DNA from: Candidatus Aenigmatarchaeota archaeon
Lineage (GTDB): Archaea; Aenigmatarchaeota; Aenigmatarchaeia; GW2011-AR5
Reading direction: 5' to 3'
DNA length: 64,000 nt
Assembly: GCA_042584825.1 (NCBI GenBank)
Contig: JBHOSK010000001.1
Location: forward strand, 1,777-65,776
A program made the position numbers and the translations under genes. This document shows positions 11,059 through 20,564 of this stretch, piece by piece (the stretch's first letter is position 1; each line of letters opens with the position of its first letter). The notes under the pieces were generated by a model. That model was not told the DNA's origin. It saw only the letters and a list, made by a program, of their open reading frames with translations, and did no database searches.

Positions 11059-11562
11059 GGTTTTTTTACTTTCCCGCTTTTTTATCATTATCTCTAGAAA
11101 ATGAAAAACATTATCATGCGGTGATCCTGTAATGAGCTTTTCTATCGCAGTCTTAGCAAGTTCTACATCATCATACTTTCCTATGATAGAAACAGTTTTT
11201 CCATAAATAGATATATGACTTTTTGTGAACATTTCTATCCTTTCTCTTGCTAATCCATCTCTTCCTATTATACGGGATTTTACTCTCACTTTTCCTTTTT
11301 TTCCTTTTTCAGGTAGAGATAAAATACATAAACAATAATCTTCATCAGAAAGATCCATTGCTTTTTCAGGCGCAAAACCACGACCAATCGCTTTTACTAT
11401 ATTTGAACAAGCCAATATACCAATACATTCACCTTCAATTGTTACGTCTTCACCAACAGCTATCTTTGTTTTGGTTAGATTCTCGATTTCTCTTTTAACC
11501 TTCCCTCGTTTACCTATTAATATAGCGAGACGTTCTTCAGGGATTTTTAGTTTTTGCATCAT
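11050..11562 (-). CDS. KH-domain rRNA processing protein (Dim2/Pno1 family)
   Basis: Two KH GxxG loops (LIGKRG, IIGRDG), AIGRGF. Confidence 0.92.
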   Translation of the reverse strand: MMQKLKIPEERLAILIGKRGKVKREIENLTKTKIAVGEDVTIEGECIGILACSNIVKAIGRGFAPEKAMDLSDEDYCLCILSLPEKGKKGKVRVKSRIIGRDGLARERIEMFTKSHISIYGKTVSIIGKYDDVELAKTAIEKLITGSPHDNVFHFLEIMIKKRESKKTLI

Positions 11563-11573
11563 TTTTCCGACCT

Positions 11574-11876
11574 TTATAGTTTTAAAATGCCTTTTCTTTT
11601 TAACCAATCTGCTTGATTAGGTCTATATTTCCAAACAATGTCACCATTAGTATCTCCTTGAATTTCCCAAGGAATAACTAGAATATAATCGCCTTGTCGG
11701 ATCCACAAACGTTTTCTAAATCTTCCAGGAACTCTACAAGTTCTTATTTTATCATCTTGACACCTTACTCTCATTCTACTTGCTCCTAACATAGTCTCAA
11801 TAACTCCCAACACTTCCTTTCCTTTAGGTACCCTTACTCTAATTTCTTCTCCATATCCAGTCATGTAATTCACCAT
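11574..11876 (-). CDS. eif1a: Translation initiation factor aIF-1A
   Basis: VRCQDDKIRTCRVPGRFRKRLWIRQGD OB-fold signature. Confidence 0.95.
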   Translation of the reverse strand: MVNYMTGYGEEIRVRVPKGKEVLGVIETMLGASRMRVRCQDDKIRTCRVPGRFRKRLWIRQGDYILVIPWEIQGDTNGDIVWKYRPNQADWLKRKGILKL

Positions 11877-11945
11877 TCGATAAAAATACTTATTTATTTT
11901 TACGATATCAGTACAACAAATATATTGAATACACCTTTATATACA

Positions 11946-12593
11946 TCATCTTACTGCATAAAAATTCCTGTAAAGCATTTTACCTTTCTTTGTTGCAACG
12001 TGTTTATGTGTTATTATAACATCAAACCCGTCATCTCTTAGCTGCTTTGAAGCGGTCTTTGCAAAACCTTTTTGTATAATTTTAACATCATAACCATTTT
12101 TTGCATCACCAATAACGGTTATACTATCATTAGGTACCAGTAATTTTACTTTATCCAGTATTTTATCCTTATTAACTCCCCTTACTTGTATCATAGCTTC
12201 GTAATAACCACCACATATTTTTATACAGTTATCACACATGTATCTCCTCGCTATAACAATGAATTTTTTCTTCTCTTTTACTTCGACGCCCCTTATATCT
12301 CCGGTTATCTCAGCAGTAACAAAAAATTTATTACCAACAGTCTTCCAACTAAAGTCCTTTTTTTCAACTTTAACGTCGTTCCCTAGTTTTACATCATCAT
12401 CAAAAAGAGTACGTATTACTTCTTCTTCATCTTTTATTTTTATCTTCTGATTGTGATATGACTCACATTCCTTACAATATCGTATTTCAACATTTTCTAT
12501 ATTAAATAAATCATTTTTTTCAAGAAAGTGCTGTTTACATAAATTATCCTTTATTGCGTCCTTTCCACACTTTATACAAAACATTTTTGACAT
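11946..12593 (-). CDS. NMD3-like ribosome export/biogenesis protein (short form)
   Basis: CxxCG...LCxxH, CxxC, CxxC...GYYEAMIQVR. Confidence 0.88.
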   Translation of the reverse strand: MSKMFCIKCGKDAIKDNLCKQHFLEKNDLFNIENVEIRYCKECESYHNQKIKIKDEEEVIRTLFDDDVKLGNDVKVEKKDFSWKTVGNKFFVTAEITGDIRGVEVKEKKKFIVIARRYMCDNCIKICGGYYEAMIQVRGVNKDKILDKVKLLVPNDSITVIGDAKNGYDVKIIQKGFAKTASKQLRDDGFDVIITHKHVATKKGKMLYRNFYAVR

Positions 12594-12640
12594 ATTTTAC
12601 TACCTTCATAATAAAGCCGCATGATAACGTTAAAAGCCTT

Positions 12641-12762
12641 TGCAAATGATGTTATACCTGGCGATGAGGAGACTGTCCCAGTTTGAGCACCAAAAAGACA
12701 AAAGTATCTAGAGATACTTTAATCGTGGTTGTGCTGTGATATCAACGGGTAGCTGCCGAGCC
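12641..12762 (+). ncRNA. Box C/D 2'-O-methylation guide sRNA, apparently with three guides
   Basis: Boxes ATGATG 12646, GCGA 12661, TGAGGA 12665, TTGA 12683, TGTGATA 12735, CCGA 12756; guide 12672-12682 pairs with 23S 59776-59786 and the N+5 rule gives G2251; TTAAAA upstream at 12620. Confidence 0.8.
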
Positions 12763-12797
12763 ATTTATTTTTATAATCAAATGAACAAACACTATCT

Positions 12798-13247
12798 ATG
12801 AAATCAATGCGTCGAGGGCGTGAATTTTATTCACAACACTATGAAGAAGCCATGAAATTATACAAAAACGGAGTCAGTATCAAAGACATAGCAACAAAAT
12901 TAAAAATATCATATTCTTGTGTTTATCACTGGGCAAAAGGAATACGTAAACCCGAAGAAGGTAACATAGTGTCATTTGTCAACTTTCTCGAAAAAAGTGG
13001 CCCAACCGCGATTATTGATATAAAAAAGAAGTTCCCAAAACACAATGAGTTATACCTCGTTTCAACCAGGAGAAATATGAAAGTTAAACGCCATGTTTTG
13101 AAACGCAAGTATGGTGATTATAATACATGGTATTATATTGAAGGCCAAGAAGAGTTGCTGAAGCGTCGATTGGAAGAATTATTCCAAAAATACAAAGAAG
13201 CAAAGGAAAAGATAGCCGAAGCATTAAGCGGAATATTTGTTAAATAA
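12798..13247 (+). CDS. Helix-turn-helix domain protein
   Basis: N-terminal HTH (GVSIKDIATKLKISYSCVYHW). Confidence 0.75.
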   Translation: MKSMRRGREFYSQHYEEAMKLYKNGVSIKDIATKLKISYSCVYHWAKGIRKPEEGNIVSFVNFLEKSGPTAIIDIKKKFPKHNELYLVSTRRNMKVKRHVLKRKYGDYNTWYYIEGQEELLKRRLEELFQKYKEAKEKIAEALSGIFVK

Positions 13248-13273
13248 GTTTAATTTTACGAGTAGGATCTATA

Positions 13274-13678
13274 ATGGGAAAAAATAAAATGTACGGAACG
13301 GGTATGATTATCTTAGTTTTCGGGGGCATATTGGTGAGAGCGTCTTATACACTTCTAGACACATTAACAAGCTGGATTATAATAATGTTACTGCTTGTTA
13401 TAGCAGGTTTCTTTTTCATTAAAGCAAGCAGGATGAAAGACGAACTACCAAAAACAATGAAAGGACGGGTAGATATGTACGCAGACGCCGGATTCTATTT
13501 TATCGGAAAAATATTACTTCTTGTAATGGGTATTTTCTCATTTTGTCTAGGAACATTGATTCTAATTACAGAAGGTAGGGTCGATATATTTGCAGGAATG
13601 ACTATACTGGCAGTAGTGGGATTGGGTGGCGCATATATAACACATAGGTGCGATAAGCAATTAAAGCAAGTTAAATAA
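13274..13678 (+). CDS. Hypothetical membrane protein (4 TM)
   Basis: Four hydrophobic segments. Confidence 0.7.
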   Translation: MGKNKMYGTGMIILVFGGILVRASYTLLDTLTSWIIIMLLLVIAGFFFIKASRMKDELPKTMKGRVDMYADAGFYFIGKILLLVMGIFSFCLGTLILITEGRVDIFAGMTILAVVGLGGAYITHRCDKQLKQVK

Positions 13679-14456
13679 GTATACCAGAATTCAGCAATTT
13701 CCAGGATTTGTCAACGTCTTTTTGTAATAATTCCAAATCACACGAATGTTTTTCTAACCTTTTTTGTATTTTGAAAAAAATTTCAACAGGTTCAAAATCA
13801 GACCTTTTTGTTATTTTTACTTTCTTATTTTCAACCTCGTATATTGGCCATAATTTTGTTTGTGATGCTAATTTTGCTACATATATTGTATTGCTTGGAT
13901 CAAACATCCATTTTTTAGGATCTGGGCAAAGCACATCAATGAATTTGAAACCTTTTTTAACTGCCGACTTTTTCAATTTTCTTATTAGATCTTCTGGAAA
14001 ACCCACAGAAGATGTTGCCACATAATTACCCTTCAAGTGTCTTGCAAAGCTTGATTTTGTTGGTCCCCAATCAGAATTATTACAAACAAATGTTACGTTA
14101 TCATTTCTTTCTGCAGCCGCTAATACAGATGAAAAATAAGCAGCAGTGTATTTGCTATCTGAAAAACAAATTATATGTTTATCAGGCAATGCTTGAGAAA
14201 TACCTGCTGCAGCTGCAGCAGCATTATTTATCTTAAGCATAGGCTTGTTAGTAACCAAATAATCATCATTATCAGTAGCAATTACAATAATACTATCATC
14301 TATAACTTGTGAAACAATTTTTAGTGCAAGTAAAGACCCATCTCCAGGTAAAGCAGATGAACCCTTGAAAACCTTCTTTTCACTAAAATCTTTAAACAAT
14401 TCTGTTTCAACCTCTATTTTTTGTTCCGGTGCTTCTTGAATATCTTCTTCTGCCAT
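13671..14456 (-). CDS. Degenerate pyruvate/2-oxoacid:ferredoxin oxidoreductase beta-like subunit
   Basis: NNAAAAAAG, AAERND, YVATSS, WPIYE match PorB, but Fe-S Cys and the GDG TPP motif are replaced. Confidence 0.8.
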   Translation of the reverse strand: MAEEDIQEAPEQKIEVETELFKDFSEKKVFKGSSALPGDGSLLALKIVSQVIDDSIIVIATDNDDYLVTNKPMLKINNAAAAAAGISQALPDKHIICFSDSKYTAAYFSSVLAAAERNDNVTFVCNNSDWGPTKSSFARHLKGNYVATSSVGFPEDLIRKLKKSAVKKGFKFIDVLCPDPKKWMFDPSNTIYVAKLASQTKLWPIYEVENKKVKITKRSDFEPVEIFFKIQKRLEKHSCDLELLQKDVDKSWKLLNSGILI

Positions 14457-14473
14457 TTTTACATCCTCAATTT

Positions 14474-15514
14474 CTACAACCAATATGTGCCTTCATTACC
14501 TGTCATTATTTTTTTAGTAATGTTCTCGAAATCATTTTCACTTAAATTTTTTGATGAAATAAAATTTGAACACTTACACATATGTTTTATTTCATTATAT
14601 AAAACACCACCATTTCCTAGAATAGCTGTTGATTCAACAACACCAACATTCTTGCCTTCAATAAGGTTCTTTATATTTGGTAGTGGTCTTATAACACGGA
14701 ATCTTAGTAAGCCAATTTTTTTACCTTCACTTCTTTGTTTTTTAACCACGGCTTTTGCATTGTATGAGTGTAATCCCATTGTTATTATAATATGCTCAGC
14801 ATCTTTTGTCATAAATTCTTCGACCAAAGGCAATTCTCTTCTGAATTTTTGTTTCCACTTATCGCCCGTTTTTTCCAATAAATTTAAAGCATTCAACATA
14901 GCCTTTTCTCGTTGTTTTGTTTGCTGGTCATCATACACTCCAAAATAAACATTGTCTTTACCTAGTCTGTGTTTTGGATTAAGTTTACGTAAAAATTTAT
15001 CAATTGTTTGTTGTGTAGGTAAATGAACAGCTTCTCTTATATCTAAATTATTCACATTTATCAATGATGGTAAAATAACCTTATTGTCTTCACATATTTT
15101 GTATGATTGTATAATGCTATCAATTATTTCTTGATTATTTTCTGCAAAAATAAGCACCATTCCCGTATCTCTAAGTGAGAAAAGGTTATCAATATTTTGA
15201 GAAATATTACAAACAACAAGAGGTAATCTTAATTGAGAAGCGTTTCTAATTTCCATTGAAGCATCTGAAACAATACTCAAACATCTTTTTCCTGATATTG
15301 TTGAACCAATAGAAGCAGAAATAACAGCATCATTATTTTCAGCTCCTATAGTATTCATTTCTTTTGAAAATTCTTTTGCCTTTGCGGCAGTTTCATAAAA
15401 ATCCGGGCTATATACAACAAGTTCTGCTTTAGATAATGCAGCACCACGTGCTACTGAATCAACAGCACTTATCAAGTCACCTTTTTTTGAAATTTTAATC
15501 ACCTTATTCTTCAA
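14474..15514 (-). CDS. Degenerate POR alpha-like subunit
   Basis: RLPLVV, LRDTG, ENNQE, KIGLLRFRVIRP match PorA; YPITP replaced by YSPDF. Confidence 0.8.
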   Translation of the reverse strand: MKNKVIKISKKGDLISAVDSVARGAALSKAELVVYSPDFYETAAKAKEFSKEMNTIGAENNDAVISASIGSTISGKRCLSIVSDASMEIRNASQLRLPLVVCNISQNIDNLFSLRDTGMVLIFAENNQEIIDSIIQSYKICEDNKVILPSLINVNNLDIREAVHLPTQQTIDKFLRKLNPKHRLGKDNVYFGVYDDQQTKQREKAMLNALNLLEKTGDKWKQKFRRELPLVEEFMTKDAEHIIITMGLHSYNAKAVVKKQRSEGKKIGLLRFRVIRPLPNIKNLIEGKNVGVVESTAILGNGGVLYNEIKHMCKCSNFISSKNLSENDFENITKKIMTGNEGTYWL

Positions 15515-15761
15515 TAGCTTTGAATGGACATTCTCTTAAACATATGAGACAGCCACTACATTCATTTTCCTTAATAGAAGGACACTCATTTTTCATCTCT
15601 ATACAATTATGCGGACACAATACAAAACAAAGATGACACACAGTGCATTTCTTTTTATCTATTCTTGGAGGAATAGTTTTCTTTGATACTTCTCGTTGTC
15701 TTTGTGTTGTTGGATCAATAAGTTTATATTTTATTTCATTTGTTAAAATAATTTTAATCAC
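15504..15761 (-). CDS. POR delta-like 2[4Fe-4S] ferredoxin subunit
   Basis: Two CxxCxxCxxxCP motifs. Confidence 0.88.
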   Translation of the reverse strand: MIKIILTNEIKYKLIDPTTQRQREVSKKTIPPRIDKKKCTVCHLCFVLCPHNCIEMKNECPSIKENECSGCLICLRECPFKAIEE

Positions 15762-15764
15762 CTT

Positions 15765-16259
15765 TTATCTCAATTGTTTTACACTTTTATATCCTTCATC
15801 GAACCCATCAATACTACTAAATTCAATATCAAGAGCCTTTTTCATGTTCTTGACAGATATACAACCATCTAACTTCGTAACAGCGCCTGAAATTGCAGAT
15901 GAAAATTTCTTTTCATCTTCTGATATTTCGTCGGCATCTATAATAAAGTTTTTTGTTTTGTATTTCTTCATAGCTATTTTGATTTTTGAGTTTAATAAAA
16001 CAGTTGAGCCTTGTTTTATTTTCGATTTTGGTATCTTTTTTAGAAACTCAGAATCTAGTGTGATTAAAAAATCAGCACTATCACGACCAATACTTAACAT
16101 ATCATCTTTTGTGGTCTTCACGACACCCACAAGAAATTCGCCTTTATTCTCAACATAATCTAATACACGAAATCCTGACAAAAAGCACGCTCGTCCTATC
16201 GCCTTAGTAACCCTTTTAACGGGCTGATTTTTATTCCCATATATTTCAAATATCGCCAT
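15765..16259 (-). CDS. Degenerate POR gamma-like subunit
   Basis: ADFLITLD...VLLNS pattern and first position in a gamma-delta-alpha-beta operon; GRGGQG replaced by GNKNQP. Confidence 0.72.
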   Translation of the reverse strand: MAIFEIYGNKNQPVKRVTKAIGRACFLSGFRVLDYVENKGEFLVGVVKTTKDDMLSIGRDSADFLITLDSEFLKKIPKSKIKQGSTVLLNSKIKIAMKKYKTKNFIIDADEISEDEKKFSSAISGAVTKLDGCISVKNMKKALDIEFSSIDGFDEGYKSVKQLR

Positions 16260-16297
16260 TTATAACAACCTTTGTTCTCAGAAAAAAAAAGAAAGAA

Positions 16298-16567
16298 CTA
16301 TGCCTCTTCTTCTATTGTAGTGGGTTTTATGTGCTTTATTATAAGTACATCACCAATTGACTGTACAACTGAAAAAGGTACGACAACTCCTCTTTTGTCT
16401 CCTATAAGAGATGCCATAAATGAGCCTTTTACTGCGTCCACGACAACAGATTTAACTCTAAATTTATCCAAATCCAGACCAACGTCAATTACTTTTCCTA
16501 TGTATATACCTCTATCTGTGAATACATCTTTCCTAACAATTTCAGAAAAACTTTTCAAATCAACCAT
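16298..16567 (-). CDS. PRC-barrel domain protein
   Basis: KDVFTDRGIYIGKV.DV...VVPFSVVQSIGDVLII. Confidence 0.9.
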   Translation of the reverse strand: MVDLKSFSEIVRKDVFTDRGIYIGKVIDVGLDLDKFRVKSVVVDAVKGSFMASLIGDKRGVVVPFSVVQSIGDVLIIKHIKPTTIEEEA

Positions 16568-16713
16568 TTTTATACCTCCTTTATACCTTCTGTCATTTAT
16601 ATTATTCTTTAAAATATTTAAATCTGTCGTTTATTTTAATATTTCAAGACAAAAATAGGCTTATAGAGGGTATTTTATAATATTTTAACCAAAATAAACA
16701 ACAAATGAGCATT

Positions 16714-16797
16714 GCTGAGATGGCTGAGTGGCTAAAGGCGCAGGATTGCTAATCCTGTGGGCGAAAGTCCACGGGGGTTCGAATCCCCCTCTCAGCG
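16714..16797 (+). tRNA. tRNA-Ser(GCT)
   Basis: Cloverleaf, anticodon arm CAGGA-TTGCTAA-TCCTG, long variable arm, GTTCGAAT. Confidence 0.96.
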
Positions 16798-16839
16798 CTT
16801 ATAAATACTTTGAAAATTCTTAATGATGGGCTGAAATTT

Positions 16840-18690
16840 ATGAGCAGAGAAATGTATTACGGAGTTATAGGAAATGGAGAAACATGTGCTTTAGTGTCCC
16901 CGCGAGCTAGCATAGAGTGGTTATGTTTACCTAAATTTGATGGAAAAATAGTATATTCAAAAGCCCTCGATAACCAGAATGGAAAAGCGTTATATGTTAA
17001 ATTTCTAGAAGGTTCGAAGGAATTGAAAATATTAGATGTCGATCATGAATATATTGAAAAAACAAACATTCTTGTTACAACACTGAATTTCAAAAACATA
17101 AAAGCAAAAATATACGATTTCATGCCACGCCAAGAAAAGATAATTTTCCGTTTAATTAAACTGGAAAGTAAATCGAAAAAAAGAAAGATAAAAATTGAAA
17201 TACAATCAACCCTAACAGATTCTGATAACATCAGTTTGGAAAGTGGTATGTTTTTTAGTAAAGATAACACATTTCTTGGTTTACACATGTATGATGGTAA
17301 AAATGTAACATTAGAAAAAGGCAAATCAAAAACAGTTTCATTGGCAATATTATATGAAACAGAATCAAAAAAACTTTCTAATTTGCTAAGACGAGTAAAG
17401 TCGATGGATCCTGAAAAAGAGTTTAATATCGAAAGCGCGTATTGGAATAATTGGTTAGACAGAGGAGTAAAATTTAAATTTTTCAATAAAAAATATGAAG
17501 AGGTATTTTATCGTGCATTACTTACAATGAAATTAATGCAATACAAAAACGGATCAACAGTTGCTGCACCAACAGCATCTTTTCCCGCTACTCAAGGTAA
17601 ACTAGAAAATTGGGATTATAGATTTGCCTGGATAAGAGATAATTATTTTGTTGCAAGAGCATTTTTAATATCAGGTCACTACAAAGAAGTTAAACAAATA
17701 TTGTCGTTCTTTTATAAAATACAACAAAAGAACGGCCACTGGAAATCCCCTCTTTATACAATAGAAGGAAAGAAACTGAAAGAAGAAATCATTTTAAAAA
17801 ATCTTAAAGGACAGCACGGTGAAGATCATATAAGAATAAACAACGAAGCCAAAAATCAATTACAATTAGATAATGAAGGAAGCATACTACACGCAACATA
17901 TTTGTATTTCATGTATTCGAAAGATTCTTATTTTGTTAAAAAACATTGGAATAAAATAAAAACAGCAGCCAACTGGATTGTAAAAAATCACAACCAAGAA
18001 GAACACGGAATATGGGAATTCAGACACAAAAAAGCTCATTATACTTACGGAAAAGTCATGTGTTTTGTCGGATTGGATTCTGCAGTGAAAATTGGTAACA
18101 TATTAGGAAAAGACATTTCTACATGGAAAAAAGAAAAAGAAAAACTAAAAAAGGAAATTTTAAAAAATGCCTGGTCAAAACAAAGAAAAGCCTTTCTTCA
18201 AACATATGAAAAAGATGCACCAATCGACATTTCAGTATTATCACTTGTTGATTTTGGAATTATATCACCAAAAGACAAGAGAACAAAAAACACAGTGAAG
18301 CTAATAGAAGAAAAATTAGTTGAAAATTTTACTGTAAAAAGATATGAGAATGCCCACCTACCGTTTTATTTACCCACGCTATGGCTTGCATCATACTACA
18401 TAAAAGCAAAAAATCTGAAAAAAGCAGCACCATTCATAAACAAGTCAATAGATTCTATAACAACCCTTAATTTACCATCTGAACATTTTGATCCTATATC
18501 AGGAAAACAACATGGAAATTTCCCACAAACATTCTGTTCTTCAATGTTTGCAGAACAGCTCTTTAATTATAATAAAAAAGGAAGAACCACGAGTAGGTTT
18601 TTAAGTATTTATAACTCAAATCTTAAGGATATAAAAAATGCGTTTTTTATGGATAGAGATGCATTGTTAGAAGCAGCAAACAACGTATAA
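16840..18690 (+). CDS. Glycoside hydrolase family 15 (trehalase/glucoamylase-like)
   Basis: WDYRFAWIRD, GIWEFR, SEHFDP, GNFPQ. Confidence 0.93.
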   Translation: MSREMYYGVIGNGETCALVSPRASIEWLCLPKFDGKIVYSKALDNQNGKALYVKFLEGSKELKILDVDHEYIEKTNILVTTLNFKNIKAKIYDFMPRQEKIIFRLIKLESKSKKRKIKIEIQSTLTDSDNISLESGMFFSKDNTFLGLHMYDGKNVTLEKGKSKTVSLAILYETESKKLSNLLRRVKSMDPEKEFNIESAYWNNWLDRGVKFKFFNKKYEEVFYRALLTMKLMQYKNGSTVAAPTASFPATQGKLENWDYRFAWIRDNYFVARAFLISGHYKEVKQILSFFYKIQQKNGHWKSPLYTIEGKKLKEEIILKNLKGQHGEDHIRINNEAKNQLQLDNEGSILHATYLYFMYSKDSYFVKKHWNKIKTAANWIVKNHNQEEHGIWEFRHKKAHYTYGKVMCFVGLDSAVKIGNILGKDISTWKKEKEKLKKEILKNAWSKQRKAFLQTYEKDAPIDISVLSLVDFGIISPKDKRTKNTVKLIEEKLVENFTVKRYENAHLPFYLPTLWLASYYIKAKNLKKAAPFINKSIDSITTLNLPSEHFDPISGKQHGNFPQTFCSSMFAEQLFNYNKKGRTTSRFLSIYNSNLKDIKNAFFMDRDALLEAANNV

Positions 18691-18718
18691 GTATGCAAAG
18701 CATACGTCAATCAACCAT

Positions 18719-18790
18719 GGGTCGGTGGTCTAGTGGTATGACGCCTCCCTTACAAGGAGGAGATCGCAAGTTCAATTCTTGCTCGACCCA
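18719..18790 (+). tRNA. tRNA-Val(TAC)
   Basis: Cloverleaf, anticodon arm CCTCC-CTTACAA-GGAGG. Confidence 0.96.
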
Positions 18791-18793
18791 TTT

Positions 18794-19318
18794 ATGGAAT
18801 ATTACATGATTTGGGCGATTCCAAAAGGAGATATCGGAAAAAAGTTTTCTAATCTTATATCTAAATTAGCTGAAAAATACAATGGTCCTGTTTTTGAGCC
18901 CCACATATCTGTAAACAATTTTAGAGTGGTAGGAGAAGAAGAAAATGTTTTGACAAAAATAAAGGAATTGGCAAACCAAACAAAACCTTTCAAAATTACA
19001 TTAGAAAAAACCGACTTTTTCGATGAAATTCATATGTGTATAGTAGTTAGAACAAAAAAAACACCAGAACTCATGGCAATAAATAAAAATCTTATCAACC
19101 TTCTTGATGAAGAAATAAGAGATTATATTCCACACATGAGTTTGTTATATGGAATACTTGATAATAAAATCAAAGAAAAAATTTTAAATGACATTGGAAA
19201 AACGTTTGCAGATGAAATTGAGGTAAGTGAAATACACGTATTCAAATCACCCCAAGGAAAAATACCCGATATAGTGAAGTATTGGAAAAAAATAGCAACC
19301 TTTCGTCTTAACGGTTGA
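18794..19318 (+). CDS. 2H phosphoesterase (cyclic phosphodiesterase/2'-5' RNA ligase family)
   Basis: Two HxS motifs (FEPHIS, YIPHMSL). Confidence 0.88.
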   Translation: MEYYMIWAIPKGDIGKKFSNLISKLAEKYNGPVFEPHISVNNFRVVGEEENVLTKIKELANQTKPFKITLEKTDFFDEIHMCIVVRTKKTPELMAINKNLINLLDEEIRDYIPHMSLLYGILDNKIKEKILNDIGKTFADEIEVSEIHVFKSPQGKIPDIVKYWKKIATFRLNG

Positions 19319-19357
19319 GAAAAACGACTTTTATACTTTTCCTTCAATTGTATATGA

Positions 19358-20182
19358 ATGGAATATCCAGACGGTTTCAAAGAACTTGTCAATCTTGTTA
19401 AAAAAACCCCAGTTCCAGTTGTAAAAGGAAAAGCAATTTGGGACAAGTTCTGTATGGTAGTGTTAATTGGAAAAGGATGTTCAGAAGCAGAGTTAATTTT
19501 TCTTACAAATATGTTGAAAAAATACATAGATTATGATTATGTATCAAACACAGACAGCGAGGATTGGGAAGAGGAAGTCAAAAAATTCCTTTCAGAAAGG
19601 CTTTCAAGAATAACAGACGAAGACACGCAAGCCATTATTTCTGACTTGTTAAAAAAAATATTTTTTGTTATGGCCTCTCTTAGAGGAGGTGCACGTTTCT
19701 TCAAAAAGAAAAATCTTTTCAAAGATATAGATAAACTAACAAAAACAAAGGAAAAAACATGGGAACTTATAGAAGAGATAGCTGAAGATAAAGACGTAAC
19801 AGGCATAAAATATGCAAAGGCAATCTTATGGCTCCATTACACCGGAAGAGCAAAGGATTTTGCACCACCAACACGGCACCTAAAGGGGTTTCTTAATAAT
19901 GATGTAGGACCCTATCATGAATACTATGATGATGACATGTTTTTCATGGATAAAGCAGAAGAAATGGATAAAGATTTTTCAGCATGTTTAATGGACGTAT
20001 ACAGAGCAATATATTTTTATCGTACTCTTAAATCAGCATTGCCCAGGAGATCAGGATTAGTACCCAAAAAATTGATAAAATTTCTAAAAAAGAAAAAAAC
20101 ATCCATAAAAATACTATCAAACATACTATCTGATATGGAGAAAAGGGAACGATTTGTAAAAGATTTATATGAGTTTTTATAA
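19358..20182 (+). CDS. Hypothetical protein with HhH-GPD/Ogg-like segment
   Basis: TGIKYAKAILWL...DFAPPTRH resembles the archaeal Ogg2 HhH region. Confidence 0.6.
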   Translation: MEYPDGFKELVNLVKKTPVPVVKGKAIWDKFCMVVLIGKGCSEAELIFLTNMLKKYIDYDYVSNTDSEDWEEEVKKFLSERLSRITDEDTQAIISDLLKKIFFVMASLRGGARFFKKKNLFKDIDKLTKTKEKTWELIEEIAEDKDVTGIKYAKAILWLHYTGRAKDFAPPTRHLKGFLNNDVGPYHEYYDDDMFFMDKAEEMDKDFSACLMDVYRAIYFYRTLKSALPRRSGLVPKKLIKFLKKKKTSIKILSNILSDMEKRERFVKDLYEFL

Positions 20183-20192
20183 ATGTGATATT

Positions 20193-20528
20193 ATGTCGAT
20201 GCAAGAACAGATAGATAAAAACGATTTCGAAGGATTGGTAGTAACAGCGATAATAACAGCATTAGCATTTGTTATGGGTCTCTTTTGGAGAGACGCTATC
20301 ACCGAAACTATTAATCTTTTTGTGCCTGAAGAAGGAGAAGGTATAATATTCAAATACATCGTGGCTATAATAGCAACGCTTATAGTAATAGTGATGGCAT
20401 ATCTTTTGATAAGATTCCAAAAGATCGAATTAAGAAAAGAACTTAAGAAAACAAAAAGAATCACAAAAATAACGCCAATAAAAAAAGTAACGAAAATTGT
20501 AAGAACCACGAAAAATAAAAACCAATGA
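20193..20528 (+). CDS. Small membrane protein (DUF5654-like)
   Basis: ALAFVMGLFWRDAI, two TM helices, basic tail. Confidence 0.75.
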   Translation: MSMQEQIDKNDFEGLVVTAIITALAFVMGLFWRDAITETINLFVPEEGEGIIFKYIVAIIATLIVIVMAYLLIRFQKIELRKELKKTKRITKITPIKKVTKIVRTTKNKNQ

Positions 20529-20564
20529 TATTCCTTTCCGTTTACGTGGGAAGGGTTTCAATGC

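Noticed and set aside
12708..12764. 18-codon minus-strand ORF (MARQLPVDITAQPRLKYL)
   Set aside because: The region is better explained by the plus-strand C/D sRNA.
20530..20556. Hairpin CCTTTCC/GGAAGG upstream of tRNA-Glu
   Set aside because: Short and unsupported; could be a leader or terminator element but no function is assignable.
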